Part shown: in pieces, positions 41,091 to 55,359 of the stretch | Position numbering within the stretch: position 1 is the stretch's first letter | Layout: each line of letters opens with the position of its first letter | NCBI RefSeq assembly: GCF_009914755.1 | Contig: NC_060930.1 | Origin: the human T2T-CHM13v2.0 reference genome, Homo sapiens | Length of the DNA stretch: 64,000 bases | Direction: 5' to 3' (one strand) | Made by a program: the position numbers and the translations under genes | Notes under the pieces: generated by a model | The model's database searches: none | The model's input: the letters and a program-made list of their open reading frames with translations, nothing else | What the model was told of the DNA's origin: nothing

Positions 41091-42116
41091 AATGAATTTT
41101 TACTTTAGCTTTTCAATTGCAATAGCTTTTACAATTGTCTGCATCATGTTTCCATATAAGTTCTCCAAGGGACACTTGAAAATATGATATAGAACAAGTG
41201 TGGACCTATCCAAAAGTTTTACAAATTACACTTCATTATTGAAAATGCTTATAATCTAGACATGCTGGAGTATTTATCATCATAGTTTTATTACACATTA
41301 TAAATTTATATGTAATATAAATTTGTATATAACTATTAAATATAATAAAATATATTAAAGTATTACTAAACTTATCATTCATACATTTTCTGATATGTAT
41401 TATAATATTTATTGGTATTAAGGACACAATTCTCTGTTTATATAATATATATTTATACACACACATTTTTACTTTCAATTTTAGAGAGAAGTTTTAAGAA
41501 TTATTATTAATCTATTTGATCACTATTTCTACATATTATTTTGGTTTTGCAACTCTGACATTATTGGTACCTTTATTATATAGATTCTGACAGTTCTATC
41601 TCCCAAAGTAATATGGCTTTGTTCTCCATTTCTTCAGAGTACCCTATCTAATCCATGAAAAGTTTGTTCCAAAGACAATGTTCAAATGAAAATGCAGAAA
41701 ATTTCTTCTTAAGACAAAATTCAGGTTTAAATGCAAATTTCAATCCATTAGTTCAAGTCTGTTAATCAGAATGTTTTTAAAAAATACAGTATGAGTTTCT
41801 AACAATTAAAATGGAGACCAACCATGAACAATCAATATAGCAGTGCCTGTTAATACTCTCAGAATATCCACTCCATTATTGACCACCATTGTATGATACC
41901 CACTGAAAGCAACAAAAACTAAGACTGATAAGTAAAATTCAGCAACTTTAATGAGAAATTTTGTCTAATAAGACATAAGTTATTTTGTTGCTCTGATAAA
42001 TACAATTTTGACTTGAAATTTTATTTTGAATATACTGCAAGATTTACCTTGATCAACACTGATTACACTAAAATGTAAAGCAAGTTTAATTGAAATTATT
42101 ATTTCTTTTTTAATAG

Positions 42117-42266
42117 TGGCTAGTATTCAGAAGCTTCCTGCAGCCTCTGTTCTAACAGACATCAACTTTCCAATGAAAGGACGGAAGGGAATGGTTGACT
42201 GGGCAAGAAACTCAGAAGATAGGGTAGTAATTCCAAAAAGCATTTTCACTCCGGTGTCATCAAAAG
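42117..42266 (+). CDS. ADGRB3: ADGRB3 coding exon (150 nt, phase 1-1): (V)[49 protein letters not shown]
   Basis: tttttaatag|TGGCTAGT...TCAAAAG|gtaaat. Contains the BAI-family GAIN motif [12 protein letters not shown]. Confidence 0.97.
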
Positions 42267-42683
42267 GTAAATATCTGAAATAATATGAGCTTGAACAAGA
42301 CATTTTTGATAAGGTCATTTAATTAGAAATTAGGTATAAATCTTCATACATTAAACAGTTTAGAAATAGTCTGTAATCATTATTTTAAACTAATTTTCTA
42401 AATATGGACAACTTATTCTCGGTTTCAGAGTCTCTGAAAATTTACTGAAGAAAACAGTCTATTACAGTATGAAAAATATACAAGTGCAAATTATCGACCT
42501 GAGTTTGACATGGTCAAGTTTCAATATTCATGGTTTTATACCCGTATAAAGCATGTGGACTAATATTTTACCTTTAGCTATTGAAATGTGTTGTATTTTC
42601 CATGCAATGTCATTTTTATTTCTGCCTCATTAAAATTTGCTTCGGTTTGAAGATATTATTTTGGCATACAAAAACAAATTTAA

Positions 42684-42782
42684 TACCTGGATGATAAAAT
42701 AATCAGTACAACAAGCCCCCACGACACAAGTTTACCTGTGTAACAAACCGGCACATGTACTCCTGAACTTAAAGTTTAAAAG
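42684..42782 (+). mobile_element. Short L1PA 3'-end fragment in the 934-bp intron
   Basis: TACCTGG.TGA..AATAATC.GTACAACAA.CCCC..GACACAAGTTTACCT.TGTAACAAAC; TSD aaaacaaattt. Confidence 0.85.
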
Positions 42783-43200
42783 AAAACAAATTTGAGAAAA
42801 AATTAAGTTTTTAGAACATTTTTAATAGCCTTTAAAATTAATGGCTCCTTTCAAAAGTGACATCGTACTCACTTTTGCAGATGTCGACCTTAAAAGGTAA
42901 AAATCCAAGAGAATTGGCTCTCTTTTCTGATATCGTTGGGAAATTAAACTCTTAAATGGAGACTAAGGCAGCTTCTTGTCTCAACCTGGTAAAGGAAGTT
43001 TCCTTCGTGATGCAAAACTATAGAAAACACATCTTTGAGAGCTACCATTAATGTGCATGGTTAGGAATGCATTTCTTTTTACCAGGCTTTATCTTTGCCT
43101 AAGGAAGTACTGGAATTATCTTGTAATTAGCAGATTAAAGTTTTATAAGACATAGTATTTTCTTGCTGTTTGCTAATACTTCAAATTTTATTCTTTCTAG

Positions 43201-43276
43201 AATTAGATGAATCATCTGTATTTGTTCTTGGCGCAGTCCTATACAAAAACTTAGATCTAATTTTGCCCACTTTGAG
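43201..43276 (+). CDS. ADGRB3: ADGRB3 coding exon (76 nt, phase 1-2): (E)[24 protein letters not shown](R)
   Basis: ttctttctag|AATTAG...TTTGAG|gtaagc. GAIN 'LYKNL' motif; phases match both neighbouring exons. Confidence 0.96.
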
Positions 43277-45832
43277 GTAAGCTACAAAGTAATAAACTGT
43301 TGTAATTTTGTAAATTATTCCAAAATGTGATTATAGCTCATTCTATAAAAATAGTCAAACAAGCTGTGGTAATATGAAGGGATTTTTCTTAAATGAAATA
43401 GAAAATACAAATTTAATGAACAGGCTATTAGCAATTATGCATTTCAAAACAACTAGAAAAGATAATTTTGGTGTCTGACTGTAGCCCTGCAAATTCTTTT
43501 GTAACTGATAATGCCTTGCCTTGATACTGAAAGAAAAAAGAAAAGAAAAGAAAAATCACAAGTGTCTATAATAGAATGGGTCATTGTAAAATTGATCTGT
43601 CTTCTCCCTTTAGTTGTACTTAATGGTACTGTTCATCAACATGACGTGAAATTAAAGGAGTGTCATGATGACTGGGAAAACATGGTATTGTTTATTTGCA
43701 CAAGATCTTAGTTTGCTTTGAAATAAATTTTCAATTACAGTTACATTTTTTTAAAAAATGCTGCTGTTTATTTAGAGGACTATTTCTGGAAGAAATCTAT
43801 TAATTTCTTTCCTCCCAGATATTAAAAGCAATTACAAATAGTAATTCTACCAAAACTAACTTATTTGCTTTACTGTCTTATCTACTATACCAAATCTCAC
43901 AGAAAACATCATTCACATCTACTTGGATTGTGATGTTATCACTCATAGTGACCTGTTTCTCCACATCACCTCGTTTTGGAAGATAGAGATAAAGTTGTTT
44001 TAGTTAAATACGATCACAGTTGGACTTCTTTGTTATACCCTCATAAATAAAGCTTTACATTTTTGGAGAGGAAAGAATATAAATGATGTGTGCAGTTATA
44101 CTGCGGACAAAACAAATAGTCTAATAAATAAAAACAATTAGAGTTCAGTGCAGATGAAAAAAAAATCACCCAAGGAAGCAGCAGTGATTAGGCTTGAATC
44201 TTTAGAGAAAATCTTTCTACGTGAAGCACGTTATTAATATAGGTGGAGAGTCATCCAGAGCCCCTGTGGTTGTCATGCAGGGTCTCCTTCAACCATAGAG
44301 ACAGCCATGGGAAGCTGAAATTTATTTACCTCCCTTCTCCTCTGAATAGAATTTAGACTTCCTCAATTTGGATCTATTTGTGTTTGTGTTTTGCTAAGAA
44401 AAAAGTTTGAAAACAAAAAAGTCTACTCTCAGCTTTTCCAGTGGTTTTATTAAAACTCATTGGTATTTACAGTTACTCACAGATAAAATTTAGTCATAGT
44501 TACACTGCCTATATCTTTGTGTTTGATGTTGAGGAGAGGTATGCTAAAGTTAAAAATGTTCAGATAATCAAAGTTAGTCACTTATTTCAACAGGGAATTC
44601 GTTTATATAAAGCTTATATTTTAAGAACTCTAGACACTAACTTAAAATCAGGTGACTTGTGTTTTCATTTCAATTAAACATGTTGAGAATTTTATAAACT
44701 TGTCCAGTCACTCAGTAATTGTGTGCCTTCAGTTCAACTTTAAAATAGAAATGTATTTATGTGCTACATTCTCCCTATTTGCTCTTGAGATACATAGTGA
44801 ATACAAATGAAATATTCAACATAAATTTTTTAGATTAGTTTCCCTCCTAGATGTCCAGCAATGTTGCATTATGATAATCTTGTTCCATATAATCTCATAG
44901 CACTCACTCACCTACACAAATGAAGTCAGGTTATTCCAAGTTTTATAAATGTATGCAGTCAATATAATTGGAAATTTCCTCAGGAAATTTCCCAAGGGAT
45001 CCCAGCCTTTTTTGTAAAATGAAAAAGAAACATTTAATTAGTGTTTCAACTTAAAAAAAATTTCATGACAGAGGCAGTTTGTCTCTTACAGCTTCTGGAT
45101 AGATTAATGGATACATTATGGATGATTTAATGGATATAGTAGAGACTAGTCTTATGGACTGGCTCCCCTGATGCCACGTGTAACATAAAGGGATTCAGAT
45201 AGACCACTGGGCAAGTCACTGACTTTTTTTAATAAGTAAAATGTGGTAATTGAACTTAAAATTTTTTTCACCTTCAGAAATTATATTTTCATTGCAGAAA
45301 GTTTCTACATATTCTTTAGATTGAAGTCCTTAATAACCTCTGTATAAGAATTACAAATTTGTTTACCTGTACATTCTTTGTATCCATAAAGTAATTTAGT
45401 AAATGTCTATAGGACAACTAAATAGTGCTTAGATCATTGACCAGATATAAGGACAATAGAATGCTCAGGATGAAATATTTGTTAAGTACTCTTAGAAAGG
45501 TGAAGTACTAGTGTTTACTTCTCATTTTCTTTTATCTCTTAAAGTAACATAATGTGACCACTAAGTACCCTCGAGCTTGTTTTTCTCCTTTTCAAAACAT
45601 TCTTCCAGAAAGTCTAATGAGTAACTGCACCAATTATAGGTCTGCTAAATGAAAATATACTTCTTAATGAACAAGGGTGATTCTTTTTTCTACAGTCACT
45701 CAGCAAATATTTACTGAGCAGCGTCCCTGCTAACAGTACTGTATTAATTCTTTTAAACTTCCCCTGCTATCGCAACTCTCAGAACAGTTCTTAATAAATG
45801 GTCAAGGATTTTTTTCTGTAATAATTAATTTT

Positions 45833-46110
45833 CTTTTTTTTTGAGACGGAGTCTCGCTCTGTTGCCCAGGCTGGAGTGCAGTGGCGCGATCTCCGCTCAC
45901 TGCAAGATCTCCCGGGTTCACACCATTCTCCTGCCTCAGCCTCCCGAATAGCTGGGACTTCAGGCGCCCACCACCACGCCGGGCTAATTTTGTATTTTTA
46001 GTAGGGATGGGGTTTCACCATGTTAGCCAGGATGGCCTTGATTTTCTGACCTCGTGATCTGCCCGCCTCGGCCTCCCAAAGTGCTGAGATTGCAGGCATG
46101 AGCCACCGCA
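45833..46110 (-). mobile_element. AluY with a small internal deletion and clipped 5' end
   Basis: 15-bp TSD gtaataattaatttt at 45818 and 46111. Confidence 0.95.
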
Positions 46111-46833
46111 GTAATAATTAATTTTTCTATCTGATAAAATATCGTATATAAGACATCTTTAAAAATAAGGCACACAGAAGTTTAATGTTTGTACTATGAA
46201 AATATTTTAGGACCAGAGGATTAAAAGATGTGTATTTTGTAATTTTACTATATGTTTGTGTGAATTGAACTCAATAGGAAAGATCTTCTTATTCAACATA
46301 AAAAGTACAAATTCATTCTATGTGTTCAGTTATTTACAAAGTTTTATAAAATATATTCCTTGTTGAGGATTTTACTAATTATCTGTTGAAATATGTGAAG
46401 CCACGTTTGTTATACACAGAAATAATAAGAGTAGTTTTGCTGTTAGGTTTCCAGAAATGGTATATTTTGGTATAATAATTTTCATAATTTTTCTCATAGA
46501 GACTATGAAGGAGAACTTGCTGTAATGCTTTGAATAAATATAGTTTAGAAATTGTCCTTCACACAAAGACAAAAATAATTTTGCATGTTGACTCTCTCTT
46601 TTATTGAGATATTTCTCTTCTTCTCTTAGCCCTAATATACATTCAACTGTCCCTTGAGCTGCAATTTTTATTTTACTATTCAATTGTCTTCCCTTTTAAA
46701 GTTAAGTAGGTTCAGATTGTTACTTCAACTGAAGGAAATATGCTTCAGATGAAGTCCATACTAAATATGTGTTATTCTCAGCCTCTCAACTTCCTTCTTC
46801 AGAATAATTTCTTATAGATAGAAAATATGGATG

Positions 46834-47122
46834 GGCCAGGCATGGTGGCTCACGCCTGTAATCCCAGCACTTTGGGAGGCCGAGGCGGGTGGATGACTTG
46901 AGGTCATGCATTCAAGACCAGCCTGGCCAACATGGTGAAACCCCGTCTTTACTAAAAATACAAAAATTAGCCGTGCATGGTGGTGTGTGCCTGTAGTCCC
47001 AGATACTTGGGAGGCTTAGGTGGTAGAATCACTCGAATCTCAGAGGTGGAGGTTGCAGTGAGCAGAGATCCCACCATTGCCCTCCAGCACTGGGTGACAG
47101 AGCAAGATTCCATAAAAAAAAA
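46834..47122 (+). mobile_element. AluS
   Basis: GGCCAGGCATGGTGGCTCACGCCTGTAATCCC..TTCAAGACCAGCCTGGCCAACATGG. Confidence 0.94.
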
Positions 47123-49070
47123 TGTATAGAACCATAGGATATTAATGCTGTAAGGTCTTTTAGGGTTTAGTGTGAGCTAGAACTCTCATTTTATAGATAA
47201 GAGAACTGAGATCCTTATCGCTTAGGTGACCTGCCTAAGATTATATGTCCATTAGGTAACTGAGTTATAATACAACTTATCTTGTTTGCTAAAACCAGGA
47301 CTCTTCTACTATATCTCATTCCCTCTATTCTGTTACTATTTATTATTTTAAGCAATACAAACCATAGACTTCCATGATAGCACATGAGTATATCTGTATC
47401 CATTGCAGAAAATCTTGTAAGAGCCAGAGTGGGTGGCTATGTGTGGGCAGTTTCAGGGAGCACTGGGGCTGGCCTGGTGGCCCCAGCCCAGGCTGTCAAT
47501 ACCAAGGCTTGAGTTTGTCACACCTCCCATTCCCCCTTGACCACTTATGTGCATGTCCAGCCCAGTTCAGAGGGTCCTTTGAGAGAGTGAGATATTGACA
47601 CACAGACCACATTCACATTAAGGAATTAGAAAACATCCATATCTTGGCAAGCTCGTAAACTGCTCTGAGAATTTTAACTTACTTTTATAGCATTTTTGGA
47701 GGCCAATTTGGCAATACCAAGAGCCTTAAAAGTGCTTTGTCATTGATATAGCAATTCTACTTCTAAGAATTTATTTTAAGGAAATAATCTCTAAGGAAAT
47801 AGAAAAGTATATCCAAGTATACCCTCAAGCCAAGAAATCAATAAATGGTTATAAACAATCATTTATCTGATTCATTTAATAAGTTCAGCTTCCAATTTTG
47901 TGGGAAAGCCATGAAAGTTCTGAGTATGTGAGCAGTATGTCGTTATCCTGTTAAGACATGAAAAATGTAGTCCCTTAAAAAATGCATCTTATGTAATGAT
48001 TAACATTGAAGACATTATAAAAGAACTAATAAAATTATATGTAAATTCCACTATAGTGGAATAAAGGAAAATACAGATGAATGAAAACTAAAGTGTCTTC
48101 ATAAACCAAAAGTTATTACAAAATTATTTTTAAAGAAAGGAACAAATTTCAATAATGCAAAAATCAAATGAATTTCTTGTCAAGTACACTAACCTAATTA
48201 AGATAAATGAGGCTGAAATTTTTATATATTCAGGAAATTGAACTCATTTGAATTCCTAATGCTATAGAAATTAAAAATGAATAGAAAAATAATATTGGAA
48301 ATAATAGAAAATTGAAGACATAATCACTTTTACACAAATGCACGCTGAAAGCAATCAACCTGAAGCAGTCAGCTCTCTCCAGAGCTCATGTCCTTAGGTT
48401 TAGGACCTAAACTTTGAATCTTCCTTTTTAATTCTCACTTTGCAATGGAATATTCTAGTTTTGTGACGTTCTGTACCTTTTTAGAATGTCTTCTCATGAA
48501 AACATTAGAAATTTAAATTATCTATGGAAATAACAAATTGGCGTAGCTTATAGTATAAAATATTGTGGTGTTACTTAGTGCGTTATTTTTTAAAATCTGG
48601 GTTTAGTTTGGTCAGATATTTTAAAAGTGAATGTAAATCTCTGATCACTTGGCATTTTTAAAATTCTAGATTCTACATATCTTAGCAACCTACAGTGAAA
48701 TTCTAACTCCTTTCAAGCTTTAAGTAAACCCAATCCTACTTTGTAGCAGCTGTCAACTGATTTTAGTTTTAAAAACAAAGATATTCAGCTTTAAAATTTT
48801 GATAAAGTACCCAAATTCCCATACTATATGAAATCATCTGTTTTATTTTGGTCTTATTTAAATTGGTCTATTCACTTAAAACATTTATGAAAGTTTCATT
48901 TTTGAAGCTACATGAACTATAAATCTAAAAATGGAAAAGGACTATAGTAACTTTACTAACTTCCATTAAACCCATAACATCTTTTTGTTGTATCTTATCT
49001 GGCAATACTGTATGTGTGCTATTAGTTCTGCCATCTCCTCCATTGGTGATTTTTCTATAACTGCATTACA

Positions 49071-52000
49071 TTTTTTATTGTGTTAAAAAAACATAAAATT
49101 TACCATAATAACTATTTTTAGTGTACAGTACAATGTTAACTATATGCACTTGTGTAACATCTCTAGAAACTTTTCATCTTGCAAAATTAAGACTATACAC
49201 ATTAAAGCACAACTCCCCTTTTCCCACTCCCTCTGACCCTTAGCAGCTATCATTCTATTTTCTGATTCTGAGTGTGACTGCTTTAAATACCTCATGTAAG
49301 TGGAATCATGCAGTATTCATCTTTTTGTGATTGATTTATTTCAATTAGCACAATATCCTTTGGGTTCATTTGTCTTGTAGCATATGATAAGTTTTTTTTC
49401 TTTTTATACGGCTGAAGAATATTTCATTGTTTATGTATATACCACATTTTCTTCATCCATTCTTCCATTGATGGACAATCAGCTTGCTTCCACCTCTTGG
49501 CAATTGTCAATTACACATGATGAACATGGGTGTTCAAATATTTCTTTGAGATCTTTCTTTCAATTCTTTTGGACATATACTCAGAAGAGAGATCATTGGA
49601 TTATTTTTTGTTTTTTCAGAAACTGCCTACCGTATTCCAAAGCAGCTGCACCATTTCACATTCCCACCAACATTGCATCAGGGTTCCAATTTTCCCACAT
49701 CCTTGTCAACATTTGTTATGTTGTTTTTTTGTTTTTGTTTTTTTTTTGTTTTGCTTTGTTTTGTTTTGTTTTGTTTTGTGCACACAGTCTCGCTCTGTTG
49801 CACAGGCTGGAGTGCAGTGGTACAGATCTCAGCTCACTGCAACCTCTACCTCTCCAGTTCAAGCAATTCTCCTACCTCAGCCTCCCAAGTAGCAGAGATT
49901 ACAGATGTGTACTATCACGCCTGGCTAATTTTTGTATTTTTAATAGAGATGAGATTTCCCCATGTTGGCCAGGCTGGTCTCAAACTCCTGGCCTCATGAG
50001 ATCGCCACCCTCGGCCTCTCAAAGTGCTGAGATTACAGACATGAGCCACCCCGCCCAGCCTGTCTTTTGTTTTTTAATAATGGTTATCCTAGTGGGTGTG
50101 AGGTGATAACCCATTGTAGTTTTGATTTGCATTTCTCTTATGATTAGTGATGTAGAGCATCTTTTTATATCCTTGTTGTCCATTTGCGTACCTTCTTTGG
50201 AAAAAATGTCTATTCAAGTCTTTTGCCCATATTTTAATTTGATAATTTGGTTTGGGTTTTTGTTGTCAAGTTTAGGAGTTATTTATATATTCTGGATGTT
50301 AACCTCTTATCAGATACATAGTTTGCAAATATTTTCTCCCTTTTCATAGGTGGCCTTTTCATTCTACTCACTGTTTTCTTTCCTGCACAAAAGTTACTTT
50401 GTTTTGTTTTTTAATTTGATGAAGTCCTATTTGCTCATTTTAGCTTTTCTTCCCTGTACTTTTGGTGTCATCTCCAAGTTCAATGATTTGAATGTATTTC
50501 TCTATGTTTTCTTTTAAAAGTTTTATAGTTTCTAGTCTTATGTTTACGTCTTAATCCATTTTATGTTGTTTTTTATATGGTGTAGGCACATGGATATCCA
50601 GTTTTTCCAACACTGTTTGTTGAAGAGATTATCCTTTTCTCATTGTGTAGCCTTAGCACCCTTGTCGAGGATCATTTGACCATATACATGAGGATTTATT
50701 TCTGTGTACTCTATTCTGTTCTGTTGGTCTATATGTCTGTCTTGACACCAGTACCATACTTTAAAAATAATCATTACTGTAGCTTTGTAATATAGCTTGA
50801 AAATAGAGAATACCTTTCTTTCTTAAGACTGCTCCAGCTGTCAAGAATTCTTTGAGATTTTATGTGAATTTTATATTTTTTTCCATTTCTGCAAAAATAC
50901 CATTTGGATAGATTGCTTTGGGTAATATGGACATTTTAACCATATTAAGTCATCTAATTCATGGACACAGGATTTCCTTCCATTTATCTGTCTCTTCCTT
51001 CATTTTTTTCAGAAATGTTTTATAGTTTTCAATGTATAACTCTTTCCTCCTTAAGTTTACTCATATTTTATTTATTTTGATGCTTTTTAAATGGGATTCT
51101 TTTATTAATTTCCTTTTAGATTGTTCATTGATAATGTATGGAAACAATTGATTTTTGTGCGTTAATTTTCTTGCATTCTGCAACTTCACTGAATTTGTTC
51201 TTTAATTATAACAAGATTTTTAATGTGTGTCTGTGTGTAATCTTTAGGGTTTACTACATATAAAGTCATGTCATCTATGAACAGAGGTAATTTTACCTCT
51301 TCCTTTCCCATTTGGATGCCTTTTATTTCTTTTTCTTACCTAATGGCTGTTTGTAGGACTTCTAGTACTATGTTGAATAAAACTGGCAAGAGAGGGCATT
51401 TTTGTCTTATTTCTGATCTTAGGGGAAAACTTTCAGGGTTTTTTTGTTTTGTTTTGTTTTGTTTTGTTTGTTTTACCATAAAGTGTGATATTAGATGTGG
51501 GTTTTGCATATAAGACCTTTGCTATGTTGAGATAATTTCTTCATATTCCTGGTTCATTAAGCGATTTTATCATGAAAGGGTGTCGAATTTTGTCACATGC
51601 TTTTTAAAAATCAATTGAGACAGTCATGCGGTTTTTGATCTTCATTCTGTAAATGTGATGTATTACACTGATTGATTCTCATTTGTGGAAACATCTTTGC
51701 ATTTCAGAAATAAATCTCTCTTGGTCATGATATATAAACTTTTTAACATGCTGCTGAATTTGGTTTGCTAGCATTTTGTTGAGGATTTTTGCATCAATAT
51801 TTATTAAGGATATTTGTCTGTAGTTTTCCTTTTTTTTATATATAGTATCTTTGTCTGATTTCAGTATCCAGGTAATACTGGCCTCCTATAATGGGTTTAA
51901 AAGTGCTCTCTGCTTTAATTTTTTGGAAGACTTTGAGAATGAGTTGTGTTTATTCTTCTTTAAATGTATCATAGAATTCTCTAGTGAAGACTTCTGGTCC

Positions 52001-53325
52001 TCTAGACTTTTGTTGAGAGGTTTTTGATTATTGATTCAATCGCTTTACTAGTTATGGGTCTATTCAGAAATAAAATTTCTGCATGCTTCAGTCTTGGTGT
52101 GTTATATTTTTTCTTAAAATCTGTCTATTTCTTTTAGGTTATCTTGTATGTTGACATATAATTAATTGTTCATAGCTGTCTCTTATGATACTATTTACTT
52201 CAGTGCCATCAGTTGTGATGTCTCCTCCTTTTTTTCTGGTTTTTGTTATTTGAGTCTTCTCTCTTTCTTTTTACTTACTCTTTTTAAAAAGGGTTTGTCA
52301 ATTTTGTATATTTTTTCTCCAAAAATCAACTCTTAGTTTTGTTGATTTTTACATGGGTTTGCTATTTTCTATTCTGTATATTTCAGCTCTAATCTTTATT
52401 ATTATCTTTCTTCATTAACTTTGGGTTTAGTTTATGCCTCTTTTTCAAGTTCTCTGAAGTATAAAGTCAGGTTTTGATTTGAGATCTTTCTTCTTTTTTA
52501 ATGTAGGTGTTTACTGCTATAAACTTCCCTCTTAGTACCTTTTTGCTGCCTCACATATGTTATGTGGTATGTTGTATTTTCATTTTCACTTGTCTCATGA
52601 TATTTTCCAATATTTCTTGTGATTTCTTCTTTGATCCGCTGGTTGTTCAAAAGTGTGCTGTTTGATTTCTACATATTTCTAAATTTTTCAGTGTTTTTCT
52701 TAGTATTGAGTTCTAGTTTTATTCCATTGTAGTCGGAAAAGATACTTGGTAAGATTTCACTCTTCTTCAATTTGTTAAGGTTTGTTTTGTGGCTTAACAT
52801 GTGGTCTATCCTGGAAAATTTTCTGTCTGCCCTTGAGAAGAATGTGTATTCTGCTGTTGTTGTATGGAGTGTTCTGCATGTGCCTGTTAGGTCCAATTCA
52901 TCTATAATGTTATTCATGTCATCTGTTTTCTTATTAATTTTCTGTCTAGGTAATCTATCTAGTTAATCTGTCTAGTTATTAAAAATGGGATATTAAAATA
53001 TCCCATTATATTGTTACTATTTATTTCTTTCCTCAATTATTTCAATGTTTGCTTCACATGTTTGGGTGCTATGACATTAGGTGCACATATATTTATAATT
53101 GTTATACCTCCCAAGAGAATCAACCATTTTATCATTACATTGTGTCTTTTTTTGTCTCTTGAAACAGTTTTTGACTTGAAGTCTATTTTGTTTGATATAA
53201 GTGTAGCCAACCTCATTCTCTTTTGGTTATCTTTTACATAGGATGTTTTATCCATACTTTTACTTTCAGTCTATGGATGCCCTTATATACAAAGTGAGTC
53301 TGTTGTAGACAACTGAATTGTATTT
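49071..53325 (-). mobile_element. ~4.2-kb decayed L1M (L1MA/MB-type) with ORF2 remnants
   Basis: L1M 3' end at ~49071. Minus-strand ORFs 53037-53255 (LISNKIDFKSKTVSRDK..INICAPN) and 52669-52917 (RTLH..AEYTFFS..FSRIDHML) are L1 endonuclease remnants. Confidence 0.93.
49730..50060 (-). mobile_element. AluS inserted into the L1M
   Basis: (TTTTG)n tail + CAGTCTCGCTCTG..GTTGGCCAGGCTGGTCTCAAACTCC. Confidence 0.93.
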
Positions 53326-54116
53326 TTAATCACTTTTTATACTCTCTTTAAGATATGGTTCATGTGCCTTTAACTTCTTAAGACTCTGCAAAAAAATGTG
53401 AAGATTAAGTTGGGTTACCTTTGAATGATTAATTCTATATATTTTGAAATGTTTTATATATCAACGAGCATAAATCTCAAGAACAGAAAATAATTTTATT
53501 ATTTGAGTCATGAAATCCATTTGGCTGTCAGATCTGCTTTTCTAGCAGTGAATGCAAATGTGCAGCCAGCCAGGGAGCATTAGCAGATCACAAAGCCTGA
53601 CATGGCATATCAGAAGCCAGCTATTCACTTGTGCAAATTAGAATAAATTGATGGAATAAATTAAAGACAATTTTGTACACTATACACTTTTTGAAAAGGA
53701 AGCCATTGCATAATGTAAATTTGCTTATTTATTTTCCTTTATTAGGCATTTAATACCATGATATTGGCATTACATTTTAAATCAACTTGTTAAAATTTTG
53801 ACATTTTTGTTTAGTATTTGCTTATTAAACAAAACACTCAAACATGTTTTAAGTATTAAAATGTTCCAAAGAATAATACGAATGAGGACATATAAATGAT
53901 AGATAAAAATCTTGCTCTCATTGAGCTTATTATCATATGGAAAAAGACATGCGTAGAATTGATGGATGCTTTCGTAGAGGTAGGTGCACGTTACTGTATT
54001 GGGGCACAAGGTGTCAGGGATTCACATGAATGGTATTAGCACACTGATATGCATGAATAAATTGACACATATCTCTTCTCAAATATATTCTAAATATATT
54101 AAAACATACACACATT

Positions 54117-54141
54117 TTCTTTCTCTCTCTCTCTTTCTCTG

Positions 54142-54189
<48 letters not shown>

Positions 54190-54209
54190 TCTGTCTCTCC
54201 TTCTCTCTC
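54117..54209. repeat. (CT)n microsatellite
   Basis: Read directly from the sequence. Confidence 0.95.
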
Positions 54210-55359
54210 AGCAAAAGCCATAGGGTTGATTCTGTCCTCTAGGGAACTTCTCCACCAGGCCAGGTGAGCAGCTGATGAACCTAACACAGTGTAATATACC
54301 CTGCAGAAGGCAACTTATTGTAGCTACTTTGCTCCTTACAGACCAGCCATTCAGGGCCAAAGTCTCCACATTCCCAAACACACAGGGAGCTTCATAAATA
54401 TCTTGACAAAATTGCAATCTTCTTTATAGGATACCCACATCTGTGTTTGTTTTCCAGTAATGTATCCATTCATGGAACTTAAACATAATAGAGATACCTT
54501 TCTAATATAATAATTTAATAATAATTAAAATTGGTAATCATTGGGTTTTATTAAAAGCCGGTAACTAGGATTATAAAGAGAACCAGAATAAAGAGACAAA
54601 TGGAATCTGAGTGAAGCATCAATATTTTTGTTTTGCAAAACCAAACCAGAACTTAAACATATTCAGGCTAATCCAAAAAAGGAACTTACATCTGTCTGTT
54701 CAGGACTGATTCTTCTCTGGGAGAAATGTTCATAATTTCTCTGGTAATGACAGGTGGATATTTCCCCTAACTCTAAGCTGTATACACCATTCTCTGGGAG
54801 GACTGCCAGCTGTGCTAATATGATCAACCACCCAGGATCACCTCTCAACTTTGTCAATTTCTCTATTCTCACTTGGTTCCCTGATCACTTTTACTCACAG
54901 AAAAACATGGAAGAATAATTTGGCAAAAGAAGCTTGACATTTAGAGCTTAGTTTTCTGTCCTTCAAAATGTACTGTACCTTCAATTGACTCATTTATCAT
55001 TTAATGAAAAAAAAAAAAGACTGTTAACCAGCTCTCTCTGTCTGCAACAATCTTCCTCTTAACAAAAACAAAATAGACTTATGCTTTGTTGTTTTTAACT
55101 CTTTACTCTTAGGCTGAATAGCTTCCTGAGTGTTTAAAAAAGTGTCATTTGACATTACTGCATACATGAGAAATGCACTTAAAAATGTTAACCCATGCGA
55201 AACAGGTGTATAGTTCCTCTGCTACTAGATATAGTAAATTCCTCCAACCACGGAATAACTCCGCATTTTTTTCTGATGAAATCTTGTGCCAAAAACCACC
55301 TCATTAGAGAAAAACAAATCTCAAAAAAAGCTAGGTTCAGCATGGTTCCACCGTATCAG

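Noticed and set aside
42127-42318. Minus-strand 63-aa ORF over an exon
   Set aside because: Antisense shadow of the real + strand ADGRB3 exon.
49384-50106. Longest ORF in the track (240 aa) and overlapping ORFs
   Set aside because: Lies on the antisense strand of an L1M and runs through an Alu and a (TTTTG)n tract; a typical repeat-derived spurious ORF.
52669-53255. Endonuclease-like ORFs as a domesticated gene
   Set aside because: Fragmented L1 ORF2 with stops and frameshifts.
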